From Macrostomum lignano (taxonomy: Eukaryota), in the NCBI GenBank assembly GCA_002269645.1, contig NIVC01001696.1:1-64000 (forward strand): a stretch of 64,000 bases of DNA. The letters are read 5' to 3'. Position numbers and translations under genes: made by a program. Shown in pieces: positions 52,638 through 64,000 of the stretch. Within the stretch, counting starts at the first letter, position 1, and each line of letters begins with the position of its first letter. Below the pieces are notes generated by a model. That model did no database searches. It saw only the letters and a list, made by a program, of their open reading frames with translations, and had not been told where the DNA came from.

Positions 52638-53009
52638 AAAACATTTTATAATAAATATTTAATTGCCTTAAAAATATAAAAATGAATACACCTTTTTTAC
52701 GCATGCATCTATTACATACAAAACATGTATGCGTTTTTCCTTTACCTTTAACATGCTTTACGCTAACTAAATTTTACATAATGTAGTAATACAGTTTTCT
52801 GACTTTGTTCTGTATTAAAAATGCTTTTGGTTTTTACATTTTGCGGAAACATTTGTTAACTTTTATGTTTGTTTTTATCGCGGTAATACAGTTTTTATAT
52901 AAAATGAATTTTCAGTGCTAAAAAAATAAGGAAACGGCAACGCATCATAATAAAATATTAAATAAACCTTAACATTCTTAGAGACAGAAGTTACTTTACG
53001 TCGTTTACG

Positions 53010-56000
53010 ATGTCGCACCCCGTTACCGTTAGTGTTGAATACTGGTAAGTATCATTTTATTAATACTTTAACAGTTGAACTTGATGCACTAAAAAGATTA
53101 AAACATAGGGGATAGGTGGGTGGGGCTACCTTCTTCTTTAGTAGTACTATATACTAACTTTGATGCCATTGTATCCAAATGTCAAATCTGTTGAATCGGT
53201 TTTGAATCGATAGAAATCCACTAGGCCTATACTGAAATAGTTAGCTACAAGAATCTGTTAGGCCTAGTTTTTACAATAAATGAATTTAATTAGCAAACTA
53301 CGCCTAATTCCATTCTCTCTTGCTGTCCAATTGGTACAAACAGTTTTTATGAGGATAGGCCTAGTATAGAAGCGTTAAAGCTATACCCAAAGTTCCAGAC
53401 CAGTATCAGTCTAATAGGCCAACTATTTTTATATTTGTACATGCATGTGTTTCTATTATAATAAAGTTTGTGGCTATTATTAAGTGTTTAGGCCTATTTA
53501 GAGATGGATAAATAGTCTATTTTTGTATAGGCCCTATATGTAGAGTAATTATTATTAGTGTTGCTTCTCATCTCAACAAAACAAGAATATTTTATACAAT
53601 ATTTCTATTGCATTAATTTTGAAGTAAGTTGTATTAATATATTTATATTCTTGAAGGGGTAATTAAGCTAAGTTGGGAATCCTACAATGGCCACCAAGTT
53701 GTTCCAGGGGGTTCTATCTGGCTATTCACAATCCTACGGCTGTCACCAAATTGTTAGAGGATTTTATTTTTAATTTTAACCTATCCTGCTGATGCTACAG
53801 AACTCTTGAGTATCCTGGAATGAGTTTTATAATTTTAAAGGTTCATGTATAAGCTAGCCATTTAAACCAGTTAGAATTACTAGAATTACTAAGTTACGAG
53901 GTTAGAACTATGGGCTTTCATGTAAGTACGGATTGCCCTAGTAGCGCGTAGTGCCTGAGCAGCAAGACACTGTTTAGCTAAGGGGGTGACTAAGTCCTAA
54001 AAAGCAGTCATCTCCAATGGACCAAGGGTGCCCAGTGAATTCTTGTTTCCTATCTACAGATTTGCTTGTGTCATTCACGACCTGTCATTGGTTGTTCGAT
54101 TCGAAATAGCCACTGGGATAATTCTCCCTTGTCTATTGGCTGATCACGCCTCTGTTCTTTGCGGGTCCGCTTATTGGCTCATAGACTGTTAGTCTGATAC
54201 TCTTGGTAGATTCCACCTTTGCCCAATGAGCAGTCGCTCTCAGCTTTTGACAAATAAAGAAGGCTTGAACACCTCTAATTTTCTTAGGCAAATCGCCTCT
54301 ATATTCAGGATCGAGTAAAAAGCTCAGTCGCCTCTTTGGGTGCAAAACTCCCATGTATTTATAATAAGATTGGGGTGGGGGACCAGATTCATTTAAACAA
54401 AAAATATTTTCCAAGTTATGTTTCCATAGTGACGCAAAAATTTAAATTGGGCCTACATCAATGTTAAGTTTATTTACTTGCTAAGAACCATAGTCGGAAT
54501 AGTTTCCATGCATTTTGGTGCTTAGCATTTTGGTACTCCAGATTGCTTTTTGGTGCTCTAGTTTATGATGCCTAAATAATAATAAAAAGTAATATAATAG
54601 CAAATATAATAAATACTTTACAAAACATTTAGTATTTCTAATGAAAGCTATAATCCAGTAGGCCTATCTATTTTTTTTTCAATTGGCATGTCTTTTAAAT
54701 TTTGAAAAATCAGGTCAATTTAATTGTATGCACTTTTCGAATCCTTTATTACAATTATAAGGTTGCACTGCACTTAGCATGCATGCTAAGAAGAGTTATT
54801 TAGGTAAAGATGAAATCTATCAATAATGCTAAATGTAGTTTTGATCAAAATTATGGAATGGCACAAATCTATTCTAGTATTGATTTCTTGAGTCACATGA
54901 TTCTGTTTTATTTCTTAAAAAATCAAATTGAAAGAAAAAAATTACATGAAACAAGACCATTTTTTAATTTAAACCCAGGTCAGCTTAACAAAATGAATAC
55001 CTAAGTTATTAAATAAATAAGTATTATAAAGCAAAGTGCTTACTGCTAAATAGGGCTCATTTTTTATATTTTTGTGTTAACTCTAATTTTTAATTTAGGC
55101 ACCAAAAAGCAAACCGGGGTACCAAAATGTAGGGCAACAAAAAGGGTAGATACCGTCTAGATCATGCTAGGTGCATACCCAAATAAAACTTGAATAATTA
55201 CAAATGTATGCCAGAAAATTGAGTGTAGTGAATTAATTTTATAGATAAACAAAGTTTATTTACTTGCTGAGAACCATAGTCTTGATCATTCATGCCCTAA
55301 CAAAAATTAAATATATAAATGTATGCCAAAAAATAGAGTGCACACCTATTCTCAAAACTAAGCTGATTTTGCGACATTAAGTGACCTTTATATTTTTGTA
55401 TTTTTATATTTGTATTTTTATATTTTTATATTTTTGTGTTAACTCTAATTTTTAATTTAGGCACCAAAAAGCAAACCGGGGTACCAAAATGTAGGGCAAC
55501 AAAAAGGGTAGATACCGTCTAGATCATGCTAGGTGCATACCCAAATAAAACTTGAATAATTACAAATGTATGCCAGAAAATTGAGTGTAGTGAATTAATT
55601 TTATAGATAAACAAAGTTTATTTACTTGCTAAGAACCATAGTCTTGATCATTCATGCCCTAACAAAAATTAAATATATAAATGCATGCCAAAAAATAGAG
55701 TGCACACCTATTCTCAAAACTAAGCTGATTTTGCGACATTAAGTGACCTTTTTTATATTCTACTTTATAATAACTTTTCTATGATTCTATAAAATATATA
55801 CCAGGTATGCATGCATACTATTTTCTTAATAGTGATGTACACCAACTGTACATGCCTACTTTTGGCATGCAAGCAGTGTTGGGCACTATTAATGAAAATC
55901 TTAACTTTGTTAATGGCAAAAGCATTAGTGTTAAAACAAAAAAATCTTAACCTATTCACTTTTAATTTTGTTAAATTAACTAAAATTTAACTGATAATTG

Positions 56001-58936
56001 CTATTAAGTGTTAATCTATTAAAGTTACCACAGAAAATACAGAAATCTTGCAAAACAAACTTCATAATATACTGTCTGCTTTTCTACCTTTTAGCAAAAC
56101 ACTGAGATCATTTAAGGGATTTATAAGCTAAGAAAGTAAAAAATAATAATTTAAAAAACTTTTATGTGTAGTAGGGCAATATTTTAGGAATGGGAATTAG
56201 TAGCAAAGCAGATATGCTTTTTGCCTACTGTCAGTAGTTTAGGTTTAGGAAAGTAATTAGAGTGGGGGAAAAGCACTAGTTTTCGGGATTCCTTAGAAGT
56301 ATAGAGCAGTTTGGGGCTTGGGAAGCAGATTTGTTCATTCGCAGACTCGCAAAGTCTCAAATTAGTCTCAAATCACCGCGAGGCTATGGTTTTGTCTCGC
56401 ATAGAGGCGCCTAACCGCAGTACCTCTGTGAAACTTGTCTCTGCCTGGCTGAAAGCTTGTAATGAGTGAGTAGGCTGGGTTGGAGGGTAATAGTGGATCG
56501 GGAAGGGCTGTGGGTAGCTATATAGGAAGGCAGGCCTATACCTGTTCCAGTTGGTGCTTTGACGGTCTCCTTCAAGTGCCCTCTGAGCAAACAGCCAGCG
56601 ACCCTATTATAGCTGGAGTGTGCCAGAACCAGGACTGAGTCTGAGCAGGACGAGACCATTGGCATGGTCACTATAGAAATGGTCGGTTGGCGAAGCAAAG
56701 GGTGAAATAGTCCCGGCGATTAGCCCTCCTGCCGCTTCAAAGATAAGAGACTGTCTGGCAAGAGTACCCGGGGTTTAGTTGGGGGGGGAGGCTCTTTTGG
56801 GCTGCCACGGCTGTGGGGGCGGTCATATGACCAGTTTTTGGCTTTTCTAACCCATGGGATTCCTGACTGGTACATCCTTCCGCTGTCACTGTCCCCCAGG
56901 AAGGTTTTTGATTTGTCAATTGCCCTTTGTACAGTCCTCTTAGCTCCAATTAGGATCTCAGTGTACATAAGTACACTCCCAACCTGGAATTAATTTATAT
57001 CTAGTGGTGTAAGAGCCTAATCAATGGCTGAGGCGCCAAATACTTATTACTGTTACTGCTTGGGAAGCAGATTCGTTCGTTTGTGGACTCGCGAAGTCTC
57101 AAATTAGGAAAGGTAAGAGGCAGGAAAAATATTAGGAAATACGTAAAACTGTTAGTGGTAGTCGATGCCAACAACAGTACACTACAAGGTAGTCAATGCC
57201 TAGCTTTTCCCACAAGTAAAGTAACAATAACCATTGCATGCTGATTTTCTTTTCTTTTTTTGAAATAAAAAAGTTTTGTTAAATATTTTGGTTTTCCTGT
57301 GTCACTCCTTATCACTAAATTAATAGAAATAGGGAAGCAGGAAGCCTGGTGGCAGCAAATCTACCAAAATCTAAAACCAGTAAATCCACTAGTAAAATCC
57401 TTAGCAATAGAAAACCAGTAGCCCTAACCGCGAGGTACCACGCATGTCCATATGTATATAATACTACTAAAAATAAGCATATGGTAAAAAGGTCAGAGGT
57501 AACTCATTTATTTGAAACTTGAAAGCTAATTGATTAATAATAAAATACAAATATAAAGGTTGTTTCAATAGCATTAGTAAGTGCAGCAGAAAGTTAAGAA
57601 AAATTGGGAAAGAAGTGAATCAAAGTAATTGATGCTCATGCACAAGCAATAACATAATTTTAATTCATTATTAAAGTTCATTAGTAAGAAGTTATTATAT
57701 TTGCATCATCATTGTTAAAAACAAAAATGTTAATTATGTATTTAGATAAATTGAAATACATATTGCAATGTAACTTCTTGCCAGATTTATATTTTTGTTC
57801 TTTTTTGCATCCTTGGTCATTGACATTGCCATTAACGTTAAGGATGAATAAGGGATATTATTAATGCAAATTTGTTAATCCATTAGTGCAAAAAATCCTA
57901 ATGGCAGTCTATTAATGTTAATGAAAAATTCTAATGCTTATTAATGGATAAATGCTTATTAATGGACTAGTGCCTAACACTGCATACAAGGCCAATGCAC
58001 ACCTAAATTTTTGGGTGTACACTATACTATACTATATGCATGATCCAGTGTTTAGGCTAAGAACTATGTAAATACCAGTGTCAAGATCATATATTAGTAT
58101 AGGCCTAATGTATACCAGAACAAAATTTGCTTCTTGACTCTAGCTCATAGCTTTTATACTCATAAGCCATATATGCGCAACTGCTGGCCAACCTGGCCAA
58201 TCCAGCCACTGTAAATTATATAAGCTTTGTATTATATGCTAAGCTAGGTAATAGTCTAGCCTATTGACATAAGAGATCAGGCTGAGTGGCAAGTGGGAGC
58301 CAATACAAAAGCAGGGCCACAAAAGCCTTAACATGATCTGGGGCAACAAGGATGTGGAATTTTATTTGTATACACATTTGTGGACTAGTGTACTGTTGTT
58401 GCCAACCCAAGAAAAAGCAAGGGAAGAAAAGGAAAGAAAGCAAATTAAGAAAAAACAAATATGTGACTGTGACAATCTGCAATCAAAAGCAATAAGTAGT
58501 ATTAATAGCTTTAAATCATATTTAAAGGGTTGAAGCCAGTCTTTGCTTAGTTAGATGCCGAGACATTTTACTGGAGCAGCACAGTCATAATTACTCCTGC
58601 CGTTTACCCAGTTGCGATTTTTATTGAGCATATATCCTTACTGGTTATCCCAATTTCACCCAATGCAGTGGCAGCGGATGAGGCTACGAACCCCGCTATG
58701 AGCACCTGCGCAGAGCTATTCTCAGCGCGTGCCCCAGCGGGGTTCAGATCTCCGGTCACGATGGTCGCCGGGGCAGCTTCGAGGTGACAATCAATGGCCA
58801 GCTGATTTTCTCCAAGCTGAAGCTGCACGGCTTTCCTGATGAAAATCAGGTTGTCGAACAGGTGAAGCGAGCTACAAATGGCGACAATCCTAACGTACTG
58901 GAAGATTCTCAAAGTCCCGGATGTAATCTGCTGTAA
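53010..58936 (+). CDS. MIEN1: Selenoprotein W2/MIEN1-like (Rdx family), paralog B; exons 53010-53044 and 58669-58936; Sec TGA at 58679-58681; 100 aa
   Basis: MSHPVTVSVEYC|GSGUGYEPRYEHLRRAIL...GRRGSFEVTINGQLIFSKLKLHGFPDE...SPGCNLL*. Very similar to fish SelW2 (VEYCGGUGYEPRY...GSFEIEINGQLIFSKLE, from memory); SECIS present. Confidence 0.93.
55063..55757. repeat. ~362-bp tandem duplication in the paralog B intron
   Basis: Two near-identical copies (e.g. TACCGTCTAG at 55151 and 55513). Confidence 0.92.
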
Positions 58937-59093
58937 TGCTGTGCTTCGCTATTAACTTTTCATTTACAATCTCTCCGAAGAGCGTTTTCTCTTTTTTACA
59001 ATGAATAAACAAATTTAGACGGTCAAAAACGTATATTTCTACTGTAAGTAGACTAAATAGTAGCATGAATTGAATTTCGTCAAAAACAAATAG

Positions 59094-59255
59094 AAAAACC
59101 AGCGCGAGCCCAGACGTATGACGACAGGCCTCGGCGTTAAAATCCTAATTGGAACCGTCCGCACCAGTACACCGGATGGGCGCCACCTGTCTGATATTAT
59201 TGGCTAAAACTTTGCTTGACATTGTTTGGCTAAGTCTGTGCGCGCGTTGGGTTTT
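59094..59255 (+). promoter_or_regulatory. SECIS element (atypical) of paralog B
   Basis: ATGA 59118-59121 / TGA 59192-59194; GACAGG:CCTGTC (G-C where paralog A has G-U); same AAAA, mini-stem and extra hairpin. Confidence 0.85.
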
Positions 59256-59639
59256 TTGGTTTCATTTATAAACAAAAAATTACATTGATATGATTAGAAA
59301 GAGAGAAAATCACTTTGTGGCAGAAAAGTGTCTTAAAAGTAATTTTTGATTTATTAAGCGTCAAATATATCCTAAAACATTGTTTTTTTGCTTTCTGTGC
59401 ACTCGTATGCTGTGCAACATTTATTCAGGTTGAAAACTTTTTACCCGCGGTATTTTTGGACCGATACAATTAAGCTCTGTGTTTTATTTAAAGGCCACTT
59501 AAATTGAAATATAAAATATAATAAATCAGAATTCTACGAGTGTAAGTTACTCGCCCACTATAAAATCTCTCAATTTTAACTTTATTAAAGAGTAAAAAGT
59601 TTTCGAGTTTTCTAATTTTTACTTTTCACCTATCCAGTG

Positions 59640-59950
59640 GTCCTAGCAACAGATATGTCCTTTTCTGGCTTCCCTAGCAACAGATATCTGTGTCCTTCTG
59701 GCTTCCCTAGAAACAGATATCTGTGTCCTTCTGGCTTCCCTAGCAACAGATATCTGTGTCCTTCTGGCTTCCCTAGCAACAGATATCTGTGTCCTTCTGG
59801 CTTCCCTAGCAACAGATATCTGTCCACTTCTGGCTTCCCTAGCAACAGATATCTGTGTCCTTCTGGCTTCCCTAGCAACAAATATCTGTCCCCTTTTAGC
59901 TTCCCTAGCAACAGATATCTGTCCCGTTCTGGCTTCCCTAGCAACAGTTA
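59640..59950. repeat. 33-bp minisatellite (TTCTGGCTTCCCTAGCAACAGATATCTGTGTCC)n
   Basis: About nine units. Confidence 0.93.
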
Positions 59951-60214
59951 TATTTCCTTGGCTTTGTTATAAAAATTTTATGTTATTATGGGATTGGAAA
60001 AGTTTTCTGAGGTCTGTCTTCATAAGTTATGCGTGTACATTTGCTAGACTTAGTCGCAGTGCATTGCATTTTGATGGTTCCGACAAGATCAGCTTTTGTT
60101 TATTCCAACGGTTTTAAACTTTTTCGAATTCTGAAATTTAGAAGAATGTTGTTAGATGTAGAAAGTGGTTGATATTGAATAACATGATATAGTGCATGTC
60201 CAGTAAGGGAATCT

Positions 60215-60535
60215 CATGCCTTACAGGAGTCTCATATCTAACAGGGGTATCTCATCTAGCAGGTGAATCTCATCTCTAACAGAGACCTCATCTAACAGGG
60301 GAAACTCATATCCAACAGGAATCTCATATCTAACAGGGATCTCATCTAACAGGGGAATCTAATATCTAACAGGAATCTCCTCTAACAGAGGAATCTCATA
60401 TCTAACAGGATTCTTCTCACAGGGGAATATCATATCTAACAGGGATCTCCTCTAACAGAGGAATCTCATATCTAACAGGATTCTTCTCACAGGGGAATCT
60501 CATATCTAACAGGAATCTCCTCTAACAGGGAATCT
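60215..60535. repeat. Degenerate AACAGGGGAATCTCATATCT array
   Basis: Tandem ~19-21-bp units. Confidence 0.85.
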
Positions 60536-60610
60536 CAGTACACGTACATGTGCACGCAGTGATACGTATAGATGAGTACAAAAACATCTCACCGTCAGAA
60601 GTGCTTGACA

Positions 60611-61803
60611 TCAGCTGGAAGCAGCGGCAGCAGCGGCCGTTTTTGCCAGCAGAGATCGCATCGCGGCGCTCTCCTGCGCGTCGGCCACGGCCGTCGGCGT
60701 GACGCCTTTGATGTTGGGCCTCGTCGGGTCGGCACCGGCGCTGAGAAGCAGCTCCGCCATGCGCAAGTGGCGGTGCATTGCGCAATAGAACAGTGCCGTC
60801 TGGCCCTGCGGGTGTTTGCGTGTGCAAAGGTTTGGGTCTAGTGACATATGTATGCACAAAGGGGAGCCATGAAAGGGGCCGTATCCGACAACCGCACAAT
60901 GGCCCCAGAAAAATTGCACTCTCCCAGTAAGTAAATGAAAGAGGTAACCATCGAGGCTCGACGAATAAGAGGAACTGTATACTTTTGGCACCTCTTTGGC
61001 AGGTATTGCATAGGTATGAGACAGCTAGGGGCTCCCACCAAGAGACAGGGCTCCCACCAAAAGACAGGAGCGCCCACCAAAAGACAGGAGCGCCCACCAA
61101 GAGACAGGGCTCCCACCAAAAGACAGGAGCGCCCACCAAGAGACAGGAGCGCCCACCAAGAGACAGGAGCGCCCACCAAGAGACAGAATTAAGGGTCCAC
61201 CAAGAGATAGGAGGCTTTTTGACGGGCGTTGGCGACAAACCAAAAATACTTCGAAATCTTTCGCAATCGAGTGGTTCAACGAATTTTGAAATTTGGCAAA
61301 ACTTCAGAGGCTTAGGGTTGTTAGGTTAGGGTAGGTTTTGCAATTTGTCGGCTGTTTAATGGCTTGGCGAATGTGGAATGTCAACGTCGTGGCGGACCTG
61401 CAGCCCCACGCACTCACCTGATCATCAACCGCGTCAGCGCTGGCTCCAGCATCGAGTAGTGCCTTCGTCACATCCGGGTTGCCATTGTTCTTCAGCATGG
61501 CGCAGCGCACGATGGCGCAGCATCCGCTTGCGTCTCTGGCCGAGAGCAACTCGCTTCTCATAGGTTCTTCACCCTGCTCATCGACAAGAGCCTTGTCTGA
61601 CTTTGACTCCCTGTCCACTGCATCGCTCTCCGGACAGAAGTTCAACAGCAGGCTGATGGCTTCGAGCTTCTCGCCGTCAACAGCGTAGTGCAGTGCTGTG
61701 GAGCCTTTGCGATCCCGTTTGAGTCTGCTGGCACCGCGGTCCAGCAGCTGCCTGATGCTCGGCAGTATGCCTCTGTAGCACACTAGCATGAGGGCCGTCT
61801 TGC
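60611..61803 (-). CDS. Ankyrin-repeat protein, last two exons (61803-61418, 60805-60611); FANK1-like; 5' exons lie outside the window
   Basis: GKTALMLVCYRG...GSTALHYAVDG...LLDAGASADAVDDQ|GQTALFYC...LLSAGADPT ankyrin repeats; resemblance to the FANK1 C-terminus is from memory. Confidence 0.85.
61020..61185. repeat. 19/20-bp minisatellite in the ankyrin gene intron
   Basis: Units GGAGCGCCCACCAAGAGACA. Confidence 0.9.
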
Positions 61804-61904
61804 CTGCGGGGGGTTGCGAAATTTTAGGATCCAAGGACTGCTAACCAAGGTCAGTTAAAGGAGCTCAGAGCAGCTCAGCGGTAATTACGATCAAGGGTCA
61901 GAGA

Positions 61905-64000
61905 ACGTCATGCTGAATCAAGTGTCACAGAACGTCATGCTGAATCAAGTGTCAGAGAACGTCATGCTGAATCAAGTGTCAGAGAACGTCATGCTGAATC
62001 AAGTGTCAGAGAACGTCATGCTGAATCAAGTGTCACAGAACGTCATGCTGAATCAACTGTCACAGAACGTCATGCAGAATCAACTGTCACAGAACGTCAT
62101 GCTGAATCAAGTGTCAGGGAACGTCATGCTGAATCAACTGTCAGAGAGCGTCATGCTGAATCAACTGTCAGAGAACGTCATGCTGAATCAACTGTCAGAG
62201 AACGTCATGCTGAATCAAGTGTCAGAGAACGTCATGCTGAATCAAGTGTCAGAGAACGTCATGCTGAATCAAGTGTCAGAGAGCGTCATGCTGAATCAAG
62301 TGTCACAGAACGTCATGCTGAATCAACTGTCAGAGAACGTCATGCTGAATCAACTGTCAGGGAACGTCATGCTGAATCAAGTGTCAGAGAACGTCATGCT
62401 GAATCAAGTGTCACAGAACGTCATGCTGAATCAACTGTCAGGGAACGTCATGCTGAATCAACTGTCAGAGAGCGTCATGCTGAATCAAGTGTCAGAGAGC
62501 GTCATGCTGAATCAACTGTCAGGGAACGTCATGCTGAATCAAGTGTCAGAGAACGTCATGCTGAATCAAGTGTCAGAGAACGTCATGCTGAATCAACTGT
62601 CACAGAACGTCATGCTGAATCAACTGTCAGGGAACGTCATGCTGAATCAACTGTCACAGAACGTCATGCTGAATCAACTGTCAGAGAACGTCATGCTGAA
62701 TCAAGTGTCAGAGAACGTCATGCTGAATCAAGTGTCAGAGAGCGTCATGCTGAATCAACTGTCACAGAACGTCATGCTGAATCAACTGTCAGAGAACGTC
62801 ATGCTGAATCAAGTGTCAGGGAACGTCATGCTGAATCAACTGTCAGGGAACGTCATGCTGAATCAAGTGTCAGAGAACGTCATGCTGAATAAAGTGTCAG
62901 GGAACGTCATGCTGAATCAAGTGTCAGAGAGCGTCATGCTGAATCAAGTGTCACAGAACGTCATGCTGAATCAACTGTCAGAGAACGTCATGCTGAATCA
63001 AGTGTCAGAGAACGTCATGCTGAATCAAGTGTCAGAGAGCGTCATGCTGAATCAAGTGTCACAGAACGTCATGCTGAATCAAGTGTCAGAGAGCGTCATG
63101 CTGAATCAACTGTCAGAGAGCGTCATGCTGAATCAAGTGTCAGAGAGCGTCATGCTGAATCAAGTGTCACAGAACGTCATGCTGAATCAAGTGTCACAGA
63201 ACGTCATGCTGAATCAACTGTCAGAGAACGTCATGCTGAATCAAGTGTCAGGGAACGTCATGCTGAATCAACTGTCAGAGAACGTCAAGCTGAATCAACT
63301 GTCAGAGAACGTCATGCAGAATCAAGTGTCAGAGAACGTCATGCTGAATCAACTGTCAGGGAACGTCATGCTGAATCAAGTGTCAGAGAACGTCATGCTG
63401 AATCAAGTGTCAGAGAACGTCATGCTGAATCAACTGTCACAGAACGTCATGCTGAATCAACTGTCAGAGAGCGTCATGCTGAATCAAGTGTCAGAGAGCG
63501 TCATGCTGAATCAACTGTCAGGGAACGTCATGCTGAATCAACTGTCACAGAACGTCATGCTGAATCAACTGTCAGAGAACGTCATGCTGAATCAAGTGTC
63601 AGAGAACGTCATGCTGAATCAACTGTCAGGGAACGTCATGCTGAATCAAGTGTCAGAGAACGTCATGCTGAATCAAGTGTCACAGAACGTCATGCTGAAT
63701 CAACTGTCAGGGAACGTCATGCTGAATCAACTGTCAGAGAGCGTCATGCTGAATCAACTGTCAGAGAGCGTCATGCTGAATCAACTGTCAGAGAGCGTCA
63801 TGCTGAATCAACTGTCAGAGAACGTCATGCTGAATCAAGTGTCAGAGAGCGTCATGCTGAATCAAGTGTCACAGAACGTCATGCTGAATCAACTGTCAGA
63901 GAACGTCATGCTGAATCAAGTGTCAGAGAGCGTCATGCTGAATCAAGTGTCAGAGAGCGTCATGCTGAATCAAGTGTCAGAGAGCGTCATGCTGAATCAA
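61905..64000. repeat. 27-bp satellite (AGAGAACGTCATGCTGAATCAAGTGTC)n, runs off the window end
   Basis: About 77 units with three polymorphic positions; lies in an intron of the ankyrin gene. Confidence 0.98.

Noticed and set aside
58697-58735. GCAC..GCGC/GCGCGTGC hairpin downstream of the Sec codon (possible Sec redefinition element)
   Set aside because: Starts ~17-20 nt after the UGA, is bulged, and its conservation can be explained by protein coding.
58604-58912. 102-aa minus-strand ORF
   Set aside because: Antisense shadow of selenoprotein B exon 2.

Overview
Eukaryotic (animal) genomic DNA, not prokaryotic: spliced genes whose introns are packed with minisatellites. The style resembles a Macrostomum-type flatworm (inference). 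Contents in order: the 5' part of a frameshifted Mag-type Ty3/Gypsy LTR retrotransposon; an orphan 2-exon gene; a hAT-type MITE carrying a minisatellite; an intronless ceramide synthase; PPIL1; JTB; a CCDC177-like gene; NEK2 (two consecutive probable GC-AG introns); HEI10/CCNB1IP1; a BEL/Pao gag relic; three CORE-like SINEs; the 3' exons of a FANK1-like ankyrin gene; and about 20 tandem arrays. The main hidden signal is absent from the ORF track because of in-frame TGA codons: two tandem SelW2/MIEN1-type (Rdx family) selenoprotein paralogs. Splicing predicts a non-canonical CxxxU motif in both, alternative 3' splice sites could change the Cys-Sec spacing, both end in a CaaX box, and both share an atypical SECIS with an extra hairpin and a 22-position basal helix. 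All gene models and RNA folds were derived by hand from the sequence; no searches or folding programs were run.
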